A DNA stretch of 62,576 nt, the filler included, from Asterionella formosa (taxonomy: Eukaryota), in the NCBI GenBank assembly GCA_002256025.1. It is 25 parts of 25 records of this genome, joined end to end, with 100 filler letters (N's around TTAATTAATTAA, not from the genome) between each part and the next. Parts side by side here need not be neighbours in the genome. Positions count along the whole stretch, not along the records: positions 47,688 to 50,090 come from NKIB01015313.1; positions 50,191 to 52,593 come from NKIB01015314.1; positions 52,694 to 55,090 come from NKIB01015316.1; positions 55,191 to 57,589 come from NKIB01015317.1; positions 57,690 to 60,083 come from NKIB01015319.1; positions 60,184 to 62,576 come from NKIB01015320.1; 19 more parts are not named here. The stretch is one strand, 5' to 3'. The notes under the pieces are model-generated. The model did no database searches. It was not told the origin of the DNA and saw only the letters and a list, made by a program, of their open reading frames with translations. Position 1 is the first letter of the stretch. Each line of letters starts with the position of its first letter. This document shows positions 49,589 to 60,249 of this stretch, piece by piece. The position numbers were made by a program, and so were the translations under genes.

Positions 49589-49678
<90 letters not shown>
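49504..49678. repeat. (CAA)n 49504-49526 and (TTG)~30 49589-49678 microsatellites in opposite orientation
   Basis: Read directly from the sequence. Confidence 0.95.
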
Positions 49679-49681
49679 CTA

Positions 49682-49890
49682 CCAGTCAAAAACTGCTTAA
49701 GACCACTATATTACCTTGTTTTTGGACTAAAATTAGAAAAATGTTCCGCGGACCTCAATTAAAACCCTTTGAATAGAGGTCGACTAATGCATGCAAGTCC
49801 TAGATAAATGAATCATTTTAACAATTGGAAGTATATATCTTACGATATCGAACTTATTAAGTCGTTCATTTGCATTTTAGTGGTCTTAAG
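49682..49890 (+). mobile_element. Left end of a TA-flanked CCAGT-terminal DNA element (pogo/Tc1-like, non-autonomous)
   Basis: TA|CCAGTCAAAAACTGCTTAAGACCACTAT is identical at 56266 with different flanks; inverted subterminal copy tagtggtcttaag at 49878-49890. Confidence 0.65.
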
Positions 49891-50194
49891 GCCAAGCCAT
49901 TCACATATTTTTGGTCATGTATATGTATTTTTTAATGGTAAACGGTTTGGAAATTTTACCTCTTTTTCCATATTTTCTCCAATTTCTTGTGTCAACTGAC
50001 GTCGATTTATTATGCGGAACACATAAATCAATCTTCTGTCACTATGACTTCATCCTCGTCATCCTCTTCAACTGAGGCTGCTGGTGGCGGNNNNNNNNNN
50101 NNNNNNNNNNNNNNNNNNNNNNNNNNNNNNNNNNTTAATTAATTAANNNNNNNNNNNNNNNNNNNNNNNNNNNNNNNNNNNNNNNNNNNNACAA

Positions 50195-51142
50195 TTATTC
50201 CGTAGCAGGAAGTTCTTCCCCAGGTGGCACCATGTCAACTAAGGCACTGGGTTCTGTTCCCCAGTTGTCCATGAAGGTCTTTGACTTTCGCACCAGCACC
50301 TCCGGAACGCCAGAGGCATCACGAACTACCAAAAGATCGTCATCCACATATGTCACATATAGTTCACGCGAATATTGCAGCTGGGAAGGCAGATCCACCG
50401 TTTGATCGAGAACGGTGGCGCTTTCGTATGTTTCAGTGAATCGAATGCCAGACTCAACATTCAGACTGGCCTTGACAATGATGGTGCTCTCGATTCCTCC
50501 GAGCAGCTTGACACTGACCTTGGCTTCAATACGAGGTTGCTCTCTTGAAATACTAATCTCCAATTCACCAACATCAACAAGGCTAGATGGAAGCTGGTTC
50601 GCCAACGAAAGGGCGAAGAGCCCTGGAGAATATCCGCCGGAGTAGAGGAACAGGGCCAATTGTCTTTGGATGGGTGAAGTATGAGTGACTTTACCAAATA
50701 CAATTCGACACTATCGACACTCTACCATATAATCATTTCGTCCTTACCTAGTTGGAGATGGAAGTGCCCAGTCTGGTGTGTAACCTGCAGCATATCGCAT
50801 CTCCCAAACCCCATTCAAGAGTGGGGAAGTAGTTGGGTTCTCGGTAGGGTTCATGGCTTCTAGTTTCAATAGGGCTTCGTTAATGGCAGTTCTGGTCTCT
50901 TTTGCGACCTCTCCAAGAGAAGGAAGATAATCCAACACAGATGCGACCAGCGACTCCGGTACTGTAGGAACATACGTCTCGCTCTCGACCACGATTGACG
51001 AATCGTAGCTATCAAACGACGTGTCGGATGGTTCACTCATTAAACGAGCAGAGACTCGTCGACTGGAGGGAACGAATGCCAAAGCATTCACAATATGAGT
51101 GGCCGCCGATGCAGCAATCAGAGCAGCAATTGAGAGTCGCAT
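50195..51142 (-). CDS. Plastid lipid-associated protein / fibrillin (PAP_fibrillin), intron 50664-50747
   Basis: Bipartite presequence MRLSIAALIAASAA...ALA|FVP; LEAMNPTENPTTSPLLNGVWEMRY; LYVTYVDDDLLVVRD; an 84-nt GT-AG intron joins PSPTR|QLALF in frame. Confidence 0.95.
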
Positions 51143-52694
51143 TGTGAATGTTTGTGCTAAATCGTTCAGTAGATAATGTTGAGGTGGCAATGTAGAATGT
51201 AGAAGAAGATCAGCAACAAGATGATGATGGTACAATATTGTGAGCCGTACGTGGATGTAGTACTAGCAGGTTTCCTATCATTTTATCTACATGAACATAA
51301 AGTATTGTCAACCTACATATAAATGTATTTCATATGAATATGATAATTTGGCTTCAGGATATATCGGGACATACCGTTATACCGGTAATACCGGTAGATA
51401 GCGTATGCAAGATCTCGTATCTTTTTTGTTCGCTCGTCTAGCTTTTGTACCCAGCGTATAAGTAAACATGTGGTTATTCCATTATGTACAATGATAACAT
51501 AATAATTTATTTTAGTTTATGAAATCCTTATTACCCCCAGGTACCTGGTACCACGACGATTTCTGTTTCTGCCTGAGTTGGCAGCCACAGAAGAGGTGCT
51601 GTGTTTTGCTTTATATTCGGATGGTTCAAAAATAAACAGCCATAACGGTATACGCACATAGCCAACACGTATGCATGGCTACCGGTAATCGTTTTGCTTT
51701 GTCCTTGCTTCCGCGTGGGTTGGTGTCCTGACAGTTGCTGCCTTGGATGTCCACTGGGTCGTCCAAAATACATACCAGCAAGCAGGTTGCAGTACGGTAC
51801 ATTTGCTGACATCACATGGAGCAGTTCACACACTGGACAAACTCCAACAGGAGACCTGGGAACCTACACCACGTTCTGTCTTTTAGACTGAAAATTTGTA
51901 TGCTAATCCTGTATTTTCCTCCCGATTTTGACTCCATTGAGAATTCAGGAGTACTGTATACGTACAAGTATACATAGTCAAAATTGTTACTCTGTTGAAA
52001 AATATGGAATTCGTGGTCAGTATTTCTTGAGCACCTTCCTCCCTTGTGCGTAACTGCTTGAGTGATCCCTGAAAATGCGTAACAGAATTCCATGCTTCGA
52101 ATGAAGTTGTTGTCCAGGTAAAATTTTGCATACATCATGGTTTGAGATTTGGTGAATAGTGAATTCCTTTGTAAATTTGTAAATCAATGATGATAAATTT
52201 ATTTAGCTTAAACTGCCAATCATTAGTATGATTTATATTGTGGTAAAAAGATTGGAAAAATTGAGCTCAACCATCATCAATACATTTTCTTCTGCATTTT
52301 TGTTCTTCATATTGTCCCCACTCAAAATGGTTGCTCCTCTGTCGTTTTTACTGTTGTTTGTAAACTGTTTCTAAGGTAGTTTATCATGAAGATGTAAATA
52401 CAATTGCTGGGATTAGTACAGTTATTGCTCTCGGCGCTTGTTGCAACAGCAGGAGACCAATCACAAATTGACATGTTGAGTTTGCCTCAGATTTCAGTTA
52501 CAGTCAATTAATGCTCAAGCTACACACAATAAAATACCTGTCAATCATCATAATGGCCTCTTATATACTAGCAGCTTTGGTTAGAATAGTGGCNNNNNNN
52601 NNNNNNNNNNNNNNNNNNNNNNNNNNNNNNNNNNNNNTTAATTAATTAANNNNNNNNNNNNNNNNNNNNNNNNNNNNNNNNNNNNNNNNNNNNA

Positions 52695-54040
52695 CATGAT
52701 GGCATCATCTGTTACAACTGCCAAAGCCAAGGACACTACGCGGGAGACTGCCCTGACAGGCAGGGATCGACGACCTCAGGCACTACATTGACGCAGTATG
52801 CATACATGCTTGCACAGACCGGCGACCCTGGGATTGATCCTAAGTGGATCCTTCTCGACTCGCAGTCGACAATCTCCGTGTTCAAGAACGCCGACATGCG
52901 CAGCAACATCCGGCGTAGCTCTTACGTACTCAGGGCGCTCACAAATGGAGGCTACCAGGACTCCAACATGGTAGGAGATTTTCCCAACTTGGGTAAGGTT
53001 TGGTACAACCGTGAATCAATTGCCAACATCCTCTCCCTTGCTGAGGTGCGCAAGGTATGCCGCATCACCATGGACTCTGCGGACGAGCCCGCGATGCTTG
53101 TCCATAGACTCGATGGAACTGTGATGAAATTTCTTGAGCACCCCTCAGGACTGTATGTGTTTAGCTGTAACAACGATACTAACGACAGTGTTACAGGTTA
53201 TACCATGCTATCCACAGTAGCAGAACAGAAGAAACTATTCTCACGACGCGAAATTCAATCAGCCAATGCAGCCAGAGATTTGTATAGAAAGATCGGGCGG
53301 CCTGCCCAGGCGGAATTCCAATCCATCCTACGGAACAACTTGATTAGAAATTGCCCAGTGACGCCAGACGACGCCAAGCGCGCCCTCATTATTTACGGTC
53401 CAGACATCGCTGCCATAAAAGGTAAAACTACGCGGTCGCGCGCCGCTCAAAGAGCGCCAACGTTTGTGGCCGAACCGATTCCTGCCCCAATCCCGGAGCA
53501 TCACCACAACGTGACGTTGTGCGCCGATTTCTTCTTTGTGCAGGGTCTACCATTTTTTCATACCATCTCACGCGGTATTGGTTTCCGAACCGTGGACCTG
53601 GTTCCCGACCGGACCAAGGCTACCATTCTACGCAAAATTCGGAGTGCGGTCCGCCTCTACCACCTACGCGGTCTACAGGTTTGTGATGTGCATGCTGACA
53701 GTGAACTCGAGTGTGTTCGTGAGGACCTGCAACCTATCGCATTAAACATTGTACCTGCTGACAGTCACGTTGGTGAAGTGGAACGGTCCATCCGAACCAT
53801 CAAGGAGCGACTACGCTCGTGTGCACACGGTCTACCTTTCAAACGCCTTCCACGGGTGATCATCAACCATATGGTGATCGATGCCGTTTGGTGTCTAAAC
53901 CAGTTCCCATGGGCAAACGGCATCTCAGACACCATGAGCCCTGCATGCATTGTCACAGGCGCGGCCGACCCTGAATACAACCAAATGCGCATTGAGTTTG
54001 GGACCTACGTCCAAGTTTTTGAAGACAACGACCCATCCAT
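52695..54040 (+). mobile_element. Ty1/Copia gag-pol fragment (zinc knuckle, protease, integrase), truncated near 54040
   Basis: CYNCQSQGHYAGDCP, WILLDSQSTISVF, ARDLYRKIGRP, LCADFFFV, HADSE, HVGEVERSIRTIKER. Confidence 0.95.
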
Positions 54041-54650
54041 GTGCACTATCGACTTTAGTACATTACAGGCGGAGTGACTTCGCTACTAAATTGCGTGATA
54101 TAATAATATACCCTGTAGCACGATGCAGAATACAGTTGCTTCCCAATCATCTCATCATGATTGATAAGATGATACTGTGATATCATGATAGGGTTACATC
54201 GATGCATACATCACCGAAGTATGATACGTAATATTGAATAAAAAATATCACAGAGCTATGATACATTGATCCTAAAATTATGATGATTTTATAAAATGTT
54301 TATGATATAATTTTGATCAAAATATGATCATGTAAAATAGTATAATGACAATAAAATACGATAAAATATGTACGCAAGTGTTATCGATACATCACAGAAT
54401 ATAAATCAAGCAATCATAAAGTATGTTAATTAATATATGTGTTTGTCATTTAATGTATACAGTTAAAGTCAACAGTTAATATGATAGTATTATACAGTGG
54501 ATAGGATCTAAGTATACGGAGGCGTTGATATGTACATCACTATAATATGATTTGTGATATGGATTGATGCATATCACATACCGGTATCCTCAACAATCAG
54601 CCATCACGTTCATTGTTGTGTCGTCTTTCCTTGTTTTAGCTATATATATG

Positions 54651-55011
54651 CTCAGATCCGTTCCATTGCAAATCTTCCTTCAATAGGTCAAACTCGTCAT
54701 CCTTGAGCATTTGCCTTCCAGTGGCATCGTAGGACTGAAGCGCGTCCAGAAAGATACGCTCCTTTTCGGCTACTGTGAGACGAATGAGTTCCCCACTTTC
54801 CGGATCGACGACACAGTATTCCTCGTCAGGACCACTTTCGTTTTTGCTTGATTCCTATGGGGAAAGATGGAAGTAAGAATTTTTATTTACTCATAAATAG
54901 TTACTAACAAAATGGTTATTTGTTTTTTTATTCAAGTACAGCCATTTGCAAATAACCGGACGCTGGTGTCGTTTCTTTTGCTCCATCGACCGAGTCGGAC
55001 AGAAGTGTCAT
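54651..55011 (-). pseudogene. PGRL1: PGRL1 (PGR5-like 1) gene fragment with retained intron 54855-54939, truncated after WNGSE
   Basis: EEYCVVDPESGELIRLTVAEKERIFLDALQSYDATGRQMLKDDEFDLLKEDLQWNGSE fits the PGRL1 pattern FL-x-A...EFD-x-LKE-x-L-x-W-x-GS. Not in the ORF track. Confidence 0.85.
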
Positions 55012-55561
55012 GTTTATGACAAGTCTCTTCGTTCCAACCACTCCTCATATTCGAAACCCGTTTGATTCGTCGTTGTGGCAAGTTTTGTTGNNNNNNNNNN
55101 NNNNNNNNNNNNNNNNNNNNNNNNNNNNNNNNNNTTAATTAATTAANNNNNNNNNNNNNNNNNNNNNNNNNNNNNNNNNNNNNNNNNNNNTATAGTTAAT
55201 GTTTGACAGCCCCTTCATGCAGCATACATGTGAGTGCTTAAAGGAGTACAGAACATCATTATGAAATAATGCTACACATAGTGATCCACTGTTATTACCA
55301 GCATATTGTTAACATAGTACCAGTAGACTAATGCTGGTAAATCTCTTTCCTTCTGTAGTGACACATGCAGTCATCTACATATGAATTAAGGACTGTGCAT
55401 GCTTGTCTACAAAGTTTAAGAAAAATATTGCTTAACGTTGTCTTGATTAAATTAGATTCCATCATTTGCTTAAACCTAAATAGTCTTTCAGTACTTTAAC
55501 CCAAAGTAAAACGATTTGGAAAGTAAAATGGCTGTTGATCCAGTCTAGTACAATAGTAGTG

Positions 55562-55864
55562 GCTAAGACACCAAAGATGCTAGTTGTTCTTTGACAGGAA
55601 TGGGAGGTTGGGATTGGAGGGCAAAAGCCAGAAAGGCTATTTACAAGGGTTGAAAGGAGTAGACTGAAATTTATTTACTGCTGGTGCTAAATTCTGTGGG
55701 AGACAGTTGCAATGCTAGTTTGTGCTGGTGATACTAGTACTCCTGCAAACACAGCAATAGACCGAATTTATGAGCCATATGGCCAAGACCAAACAGTGAC
55801 ATACATACTCATGCATCTGATTAAAGATTGTTGCACTGGTGGGCATTCACTACTGTGTGTTTAG
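55562..55864 (+). mobile_element. Decayed C-terminal domain of a CryptonS-like element
   Basis: L*QEWEVGIGGQKPERLFTRVERSRLK...LWETV...AIDRIYEPYG...GGH..L; two internal stops. Confidence 0.7.
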
Positions 55865-56265
55865 ATAATTTCATTGAAATTTTGAAATTTGCAATGTCTT
55901 AAGTATTTACTTTGCTTGTTTAGTACCTCAATTGTTATTAACTATTTTATCTCCTAGTAGTTTCATGGTTTGCATGTTAACATGCATATTACTAGAAAAC
56001 TGGGGAGGTACAACAAGGGATTTCATTTCATGACAAAGCTATTAGAGGTGATGGTATTACCCAGTCTATACAAGGCAGTATATATACTGAGCTTTGTCGA
56101 AGGTGCTAGTTAACTACCACTGCACTACATAGCGACGACTTTATGTGCCAGGTACCTGGTACCAGGTACCCAGTCTAAACGAGTACCGGTACATTGCTAC
56201 ATAGCTTTTTTGTCGAAGGTGCCGGTGCACAACAAAGCTACGACTATATGTACTGGTACCTGGTA

Positions 56266-56320
56266 CCAGTCAAAAACTGCTTAAGACCACTATGAACTGC
56301 TTAGACCACTATAACGGGGT
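56266..56320 (+). mobile_element. Second copy of the CCAGT-terminal element end, inserted at the TA of a TACCTGGTA array
   Basis: tactgg-ta-cctgg-TA|CCAGTCAAAAACTGCTTAAGACCACTAT. Confidence 0.65.
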
Positions 56321-57037
56321 AATCTTACATTTTGTACTACAAACTATTTCAATTTTAGCAATACGACAATATTTACTATGAACAAGTCATTTGTTTCACG
56401 CATCTACATATAGGATGTCTTAACGCCCGATCGATGTTGTGTTCCAGTTGGTGAGATACCGGTAAACGACTTCGAAAATGTTGAGTGAGGCACATCGGAA
56501 GAAAATAAAATTACCTCGTTTAGCTGGGCCGACATTTTATATTCATATACGATATCAAATAATGTTTTATACTCCAAATTAATATAGCTTCCTTTAACGC
56601 TTTTCTTGAGGTGGATTATAATTAGGGCGCGATTGTGTGCGACATCCCAATGTAAACATGCGCACTAGTTCACACCATAGCAATTTAGTGATTTTTTACT
56701 GTCAACATAGATGCATCCTGAAATGCTCTCGAGACCATCACAATATACCACATTTTCATTTCTCCGGATCTTACAACTTAGTATAATGAACCGAAGAAGT
56801 ACCAAACCTCGAGCAAGTACAGAGTTATTTGTAAGTCTCTAGATAAGGATTTAGTAAAGTTTGTTCTAAACAACAATGTCAGAGAAGTAGACGTTAGAAA
56901 GGCTAGCGGTGGAGGAGTTGTTTTACCAAGTGGCGCTATTGCTATCTAGATTATTAGTAGCAGACAAAGTTGACACAATAACGTGGCTAAAAAAAGACAT
57001 GGTGAAGTACCCTTTGAAGAAATTGAATCATGACAGC

Positions 57038-57139
57038 AAAGATCTAGTAGTAGGGGGTTTGAATTCTATAGTGCTATTGGATTGTTCCCCAGCAGAACGA
57101 ATCGAAACTAGCAGTACACTTACCTTTGGAACCAGAGCC
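57038..57139 (+). pseudogene. Degenerate kinesin motor C-terminal fragment
   Basis: GGLNSIVLLDCSPAERIETSSTLTFGTRA resembles kinesin GGNSxTxxIxxxSP...ETLSTLxFGxRA; the rest of the motor is absent. Confidence 0.45.
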
Positions 57140-57689
57140 ACCACTACTGCATCGTCCACTTTGACACCAGATACATGTAATGCAGATAAACACAGCAGTG
57201 AGAGAAACAATAATCTAGCCGATAGACCGGAACAGCATGAGACTCAACAAACACAACCTTCCGGTGAGAAGGGGGGGAACAAATACAAACGAAAAAAGTG
57301 TTCCATTGAGACCATGAAACTTGCTCCAGCACCACAAGCATGTGGTGGGCATCAATCTTGATAAGATGACTTGCCAGTTGGCGCTATTGGCGATCGCGCA
57401 AAATAAATGGTTCATGTGGTGGCTGGACGCTTTAAACTGGGAACGGAAGCACTGGACGATAAGACTAGGAGAAAAGAAGAGCAGAGTAGAAGGAGAGTGA
57501 GAAAGCGAATAAGAAAGTTATGGATTATAAAGCAACATTGAACGAGGTGCAAGCGATCAGAGCACTCAACAAACGGGCACACAAATGGANNNNNNNNNNN
57601 NNNNNNNNNNNNNNNNNNNNNNNNNNNNNNNNNTTAATTAATTAANNNNNNNNNNNNNNNNNNNNNNNNNNNNNNNNNNNNNNNNNNNN

Positions 57690-58686
57690 TCAAATTCATT
57701 TTAAGGAGCTGGCTTTTATCTGCATTGCAAGTCAATCCAAACCACTCACAATAATTGTTGATACTAAATAGCCATGAAGACCTGCTATTGAATTGGTCAT
57801 TATAACCTTGGTTGAACCCCTGGTTTCCAGAGGTTGCATAATAAAGGGTCACCAAGGCATAGATTTGGAGTAATTCAGTATCCATGATTTCTGCAGTACC
57901 TTGCTCACTTTCTAACCAGATCATTGCCTGCTGCTGTGGGGAGCCGTCAGTCAAAAGTGCAGCCCCATTATCAAACGAGTTCTCAGATAAAAAGAGGAAC
58001 AAAACAGAAGTTGGACTTGGTGATGGAGGAACTGATGTTGGATTCGATGTGAAAGGAGCCAATGTCTCATTGCCTGACTTGTTCCGAGTAAGCACAACTG
58101 CAACTACAGCAGCAACAATCGCAACAAGACTTGTGAGTCCACAAGATACCATGATGTTAATCATGCTACGGCGACGTTGGGCCTTCGCTTCAGCTTCAGC
58201 ATCGACAATTGCTACCCTTGCAGGAATATCAGGGGCAGATTCATCAACTAGAATGGCACTCACGGCCTCATGTTGGCCTCCCTCTATGCTATGCATGGCG
58301 AGTGGTTGCTGACTTATTCCCTGGGACTCCTCCAAAGACCATTCATCGTCGGCACTTGACCTTGCATGACCACTCCCTCCCACTGCGACTGCTCCAGGAA
58401 GTGTTTGTGGAGGTGCTCCTGGTTCTTCATGCTCCACCACCGCAGGAGAATCCTCCTGCAAAATGTTAGGCGCTGGTCCAGCCCTGTGGTTAACATATTC
58501 CTTTCCATTAATGTCTTCTCCATGTGAAGATTCAGAGTCCCGAGCTCGGTCTTCCTCCTTTGCTTCGTCAGCAAAAGGTACCCTGCTGGCATAATCGCTC
58601 TTCTGTTTTGCAGTGCCAGAAGGTTTCACTGACCTTACGTGATCATATTGGCTGCCTTTCTTGACTTCCTTGCTGTCTTCTTTCAT
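57690..58686 (-). CDS. Diatom-type LRR receptor-like membrane protein, 5' part
   Basis: PGAVAVGG motif, TM (LVAIVAAVVAVVL), Pro/Ser/Thr stalk, SPQQQAMIWL, YALVTLYYAT, CEWFGLTC (LRR N-cap). Confidence 0.85.
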
Positions 58687-58890
58687 ACTGCTGCTTGTTG
58701 TATATTGTGTTTAGTGCGCAGAATAATCACAACAGTAAGGCAAGGACAAGATTGTGTGGAGAAGAAAAGAACAAAGCATCAAACGAACAAGCAAAACTTC
58801 GCAAGCAATATTCTCAAGGGAGGTCTGCAAAAAGAAGATTCGTTTATCGTGGAAAATACTATGTAGTGCAGTGTGGGCGCGTGGATGAAC

Positions 58891-58921
58891 GTTAGGGTTA
58901 GGGTTAGGGTTAGGGTTGGGG
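58891..58921 (+). repeat. Internal telomeric tract, (TTAGGG)4
   Basis: gttagggttagggttagggttagggttgggg. Confidence 0.95.
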
Positions 58922-60016
58922 TATGTGTGAGGGCTACAATGACTATTATCCAAGCGACGATGGGGTGACTACTTAAGTTGCCAAAAAGTAATGAGACTAA
59001 TGTTACTTTTCGCCTGAAGGGGCTTCATCAGTTGGCTTGAATCTGTAGTCTTGTTTTATTTAAGTCATGGTGTGTGCGGGGGGTTGGGCAGGCGTGGTTG
59101 GCTGTGAAATTACACCAGGAGTGGAGGCAGTATTTATAGTAGGAGGGGAAGGTAGCATGGACCTCGTAGAGGTTGATGTATCCCGTGTAGTATCAAGTTG
59201 TATCGTAAGTAAGTGAGTACTTACTGAAGTGGTGTCCGATCTCAATTTCCGTGGTGATGTATAATTCCCAATGTTTTTAGGGCGATTATAAGCGATTATC
59301 AACCGTTGGATGGTACATTGTTTTCCGGAGAAGTTCCGTAGGGTGGTAGGAATTGGTTCTTTACCCGGGGAGAGTATAGTGTCTCTGAAAATTTGTTGAA
59401 TGTGAGATGAGGGGGGATTATTCGGATGAAATGGCATGTGGAGGAACACGCATTGTTCTGTATGTGTGTCTGTTCTCTGAGTGGCCGTGTTGGTTTTGTT
59501 CGATTTGTTAACATATAGCTGTTTGATGTATGTGTTAAAAATGGGTAGAAGGGTTTTATCCGAATAACCTCGGAGTTGTAGGCGTTTGTAAAAAGAGTGG
59601 ATTGCAGTTTTGAAATGTGTGTCAATTGTTGTTAGATGGTAGATCCGGTGAATCATTCCAGCAATAAGACCGCGAAGGACACCAGGAGGGTGTGCACTAT
59701 GTTGTGGTATATAGAGATAGGGATTCAAGGATTTTTCAAAAAGTGTGGTATCAATAGAGCGGGTGTGTTTATTGATAGAGATTGTGAGATCCAGGAAAGT
59801 TGTAGATAACTGTCGTGGTTCTGCATTCCATTTAAGTATGCCAAAGGTATTCATCGAGTTGAGAAACGAGTTGTGTGTTTTGTTATCCTCGATATTGGAA
59901 GTTGATGTAGGGACCCAGATTATGAAGCAATCATCAATATACCTTCTGTAGAAGGATATTTGTGGAAACATTGGGATGGTTTGTATCTCGTGAATTGCAA
60001 AGTAGAGGGTGGCATA
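58922..60016 (-). mobile_element. Endonuclease-less Penelope-like retroelement, 5'-truncated, telomere-associated (RT ORF ends 59060)
   Basis: YATLYFAIHE, YRRYIDDCFIIW, FLDLTISI, YLYIPQHSAHP, LQLRGY, FHP, IIAYNRPKNI; no GIY-YIG motif before the stop. Confidence 0.92.
58967..59050 (-). ncRNA. Type I hammerhead ribozyme in the 3' end of the Penelope-like element
   Basis: gactac-agattcaa-gccaa CTGATGA a gcc-ccttca-ggc GAAA agtaa-cattagtctca-ttact TT|ttggc-aacttaa-gtagtc: core boxes plus stems I (with internal loop), II and III all pair. Confidence 0.85.
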
Positions 60017-60083
60017 TAGGGTTAGGGTTAGGGTTAGGGTTAGGGTTAGGGTTAGGGTTAGGGTTAGGGTTAGGGTTAGGGTT
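60017..60083 (+). repeat. Telomere (TTAGGG)n, chromosome end
   Basis: About 11 perfect repeats running to the contig end, G-rich strand 5'->3' outward. Confidence 0.95.
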
Positions 60084-60249
60084 NNNNNNNNNNNNNNNNN
60101 NNNNNNNNNNNNNNNNNNNNNNNNNNNTTAATTAATTAANNNNNNNNNNNNNNNNNNNNNNNNNNNNNNNNNNNNNNNNNNNNATATCATCAATCATCAT
60201 TCATGAAGCTCAATCGGAATCCACTGGTTGTAGAGTGAAATTTGTGCAC

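Noticed and set aside
49531..49776. Poly-Leu and poly-Cys ORFs
   Set aside because: Translations of a (TTG)n microsatellite.
2417..60183. TTAATTAATTAA recurring every ~2.5 kb within N-runs
   Set aside because: Artificial six-frame-stop linker between contigs; ORFs containing X-runs and all cross-linker gene neighbourhoods are artefacts.
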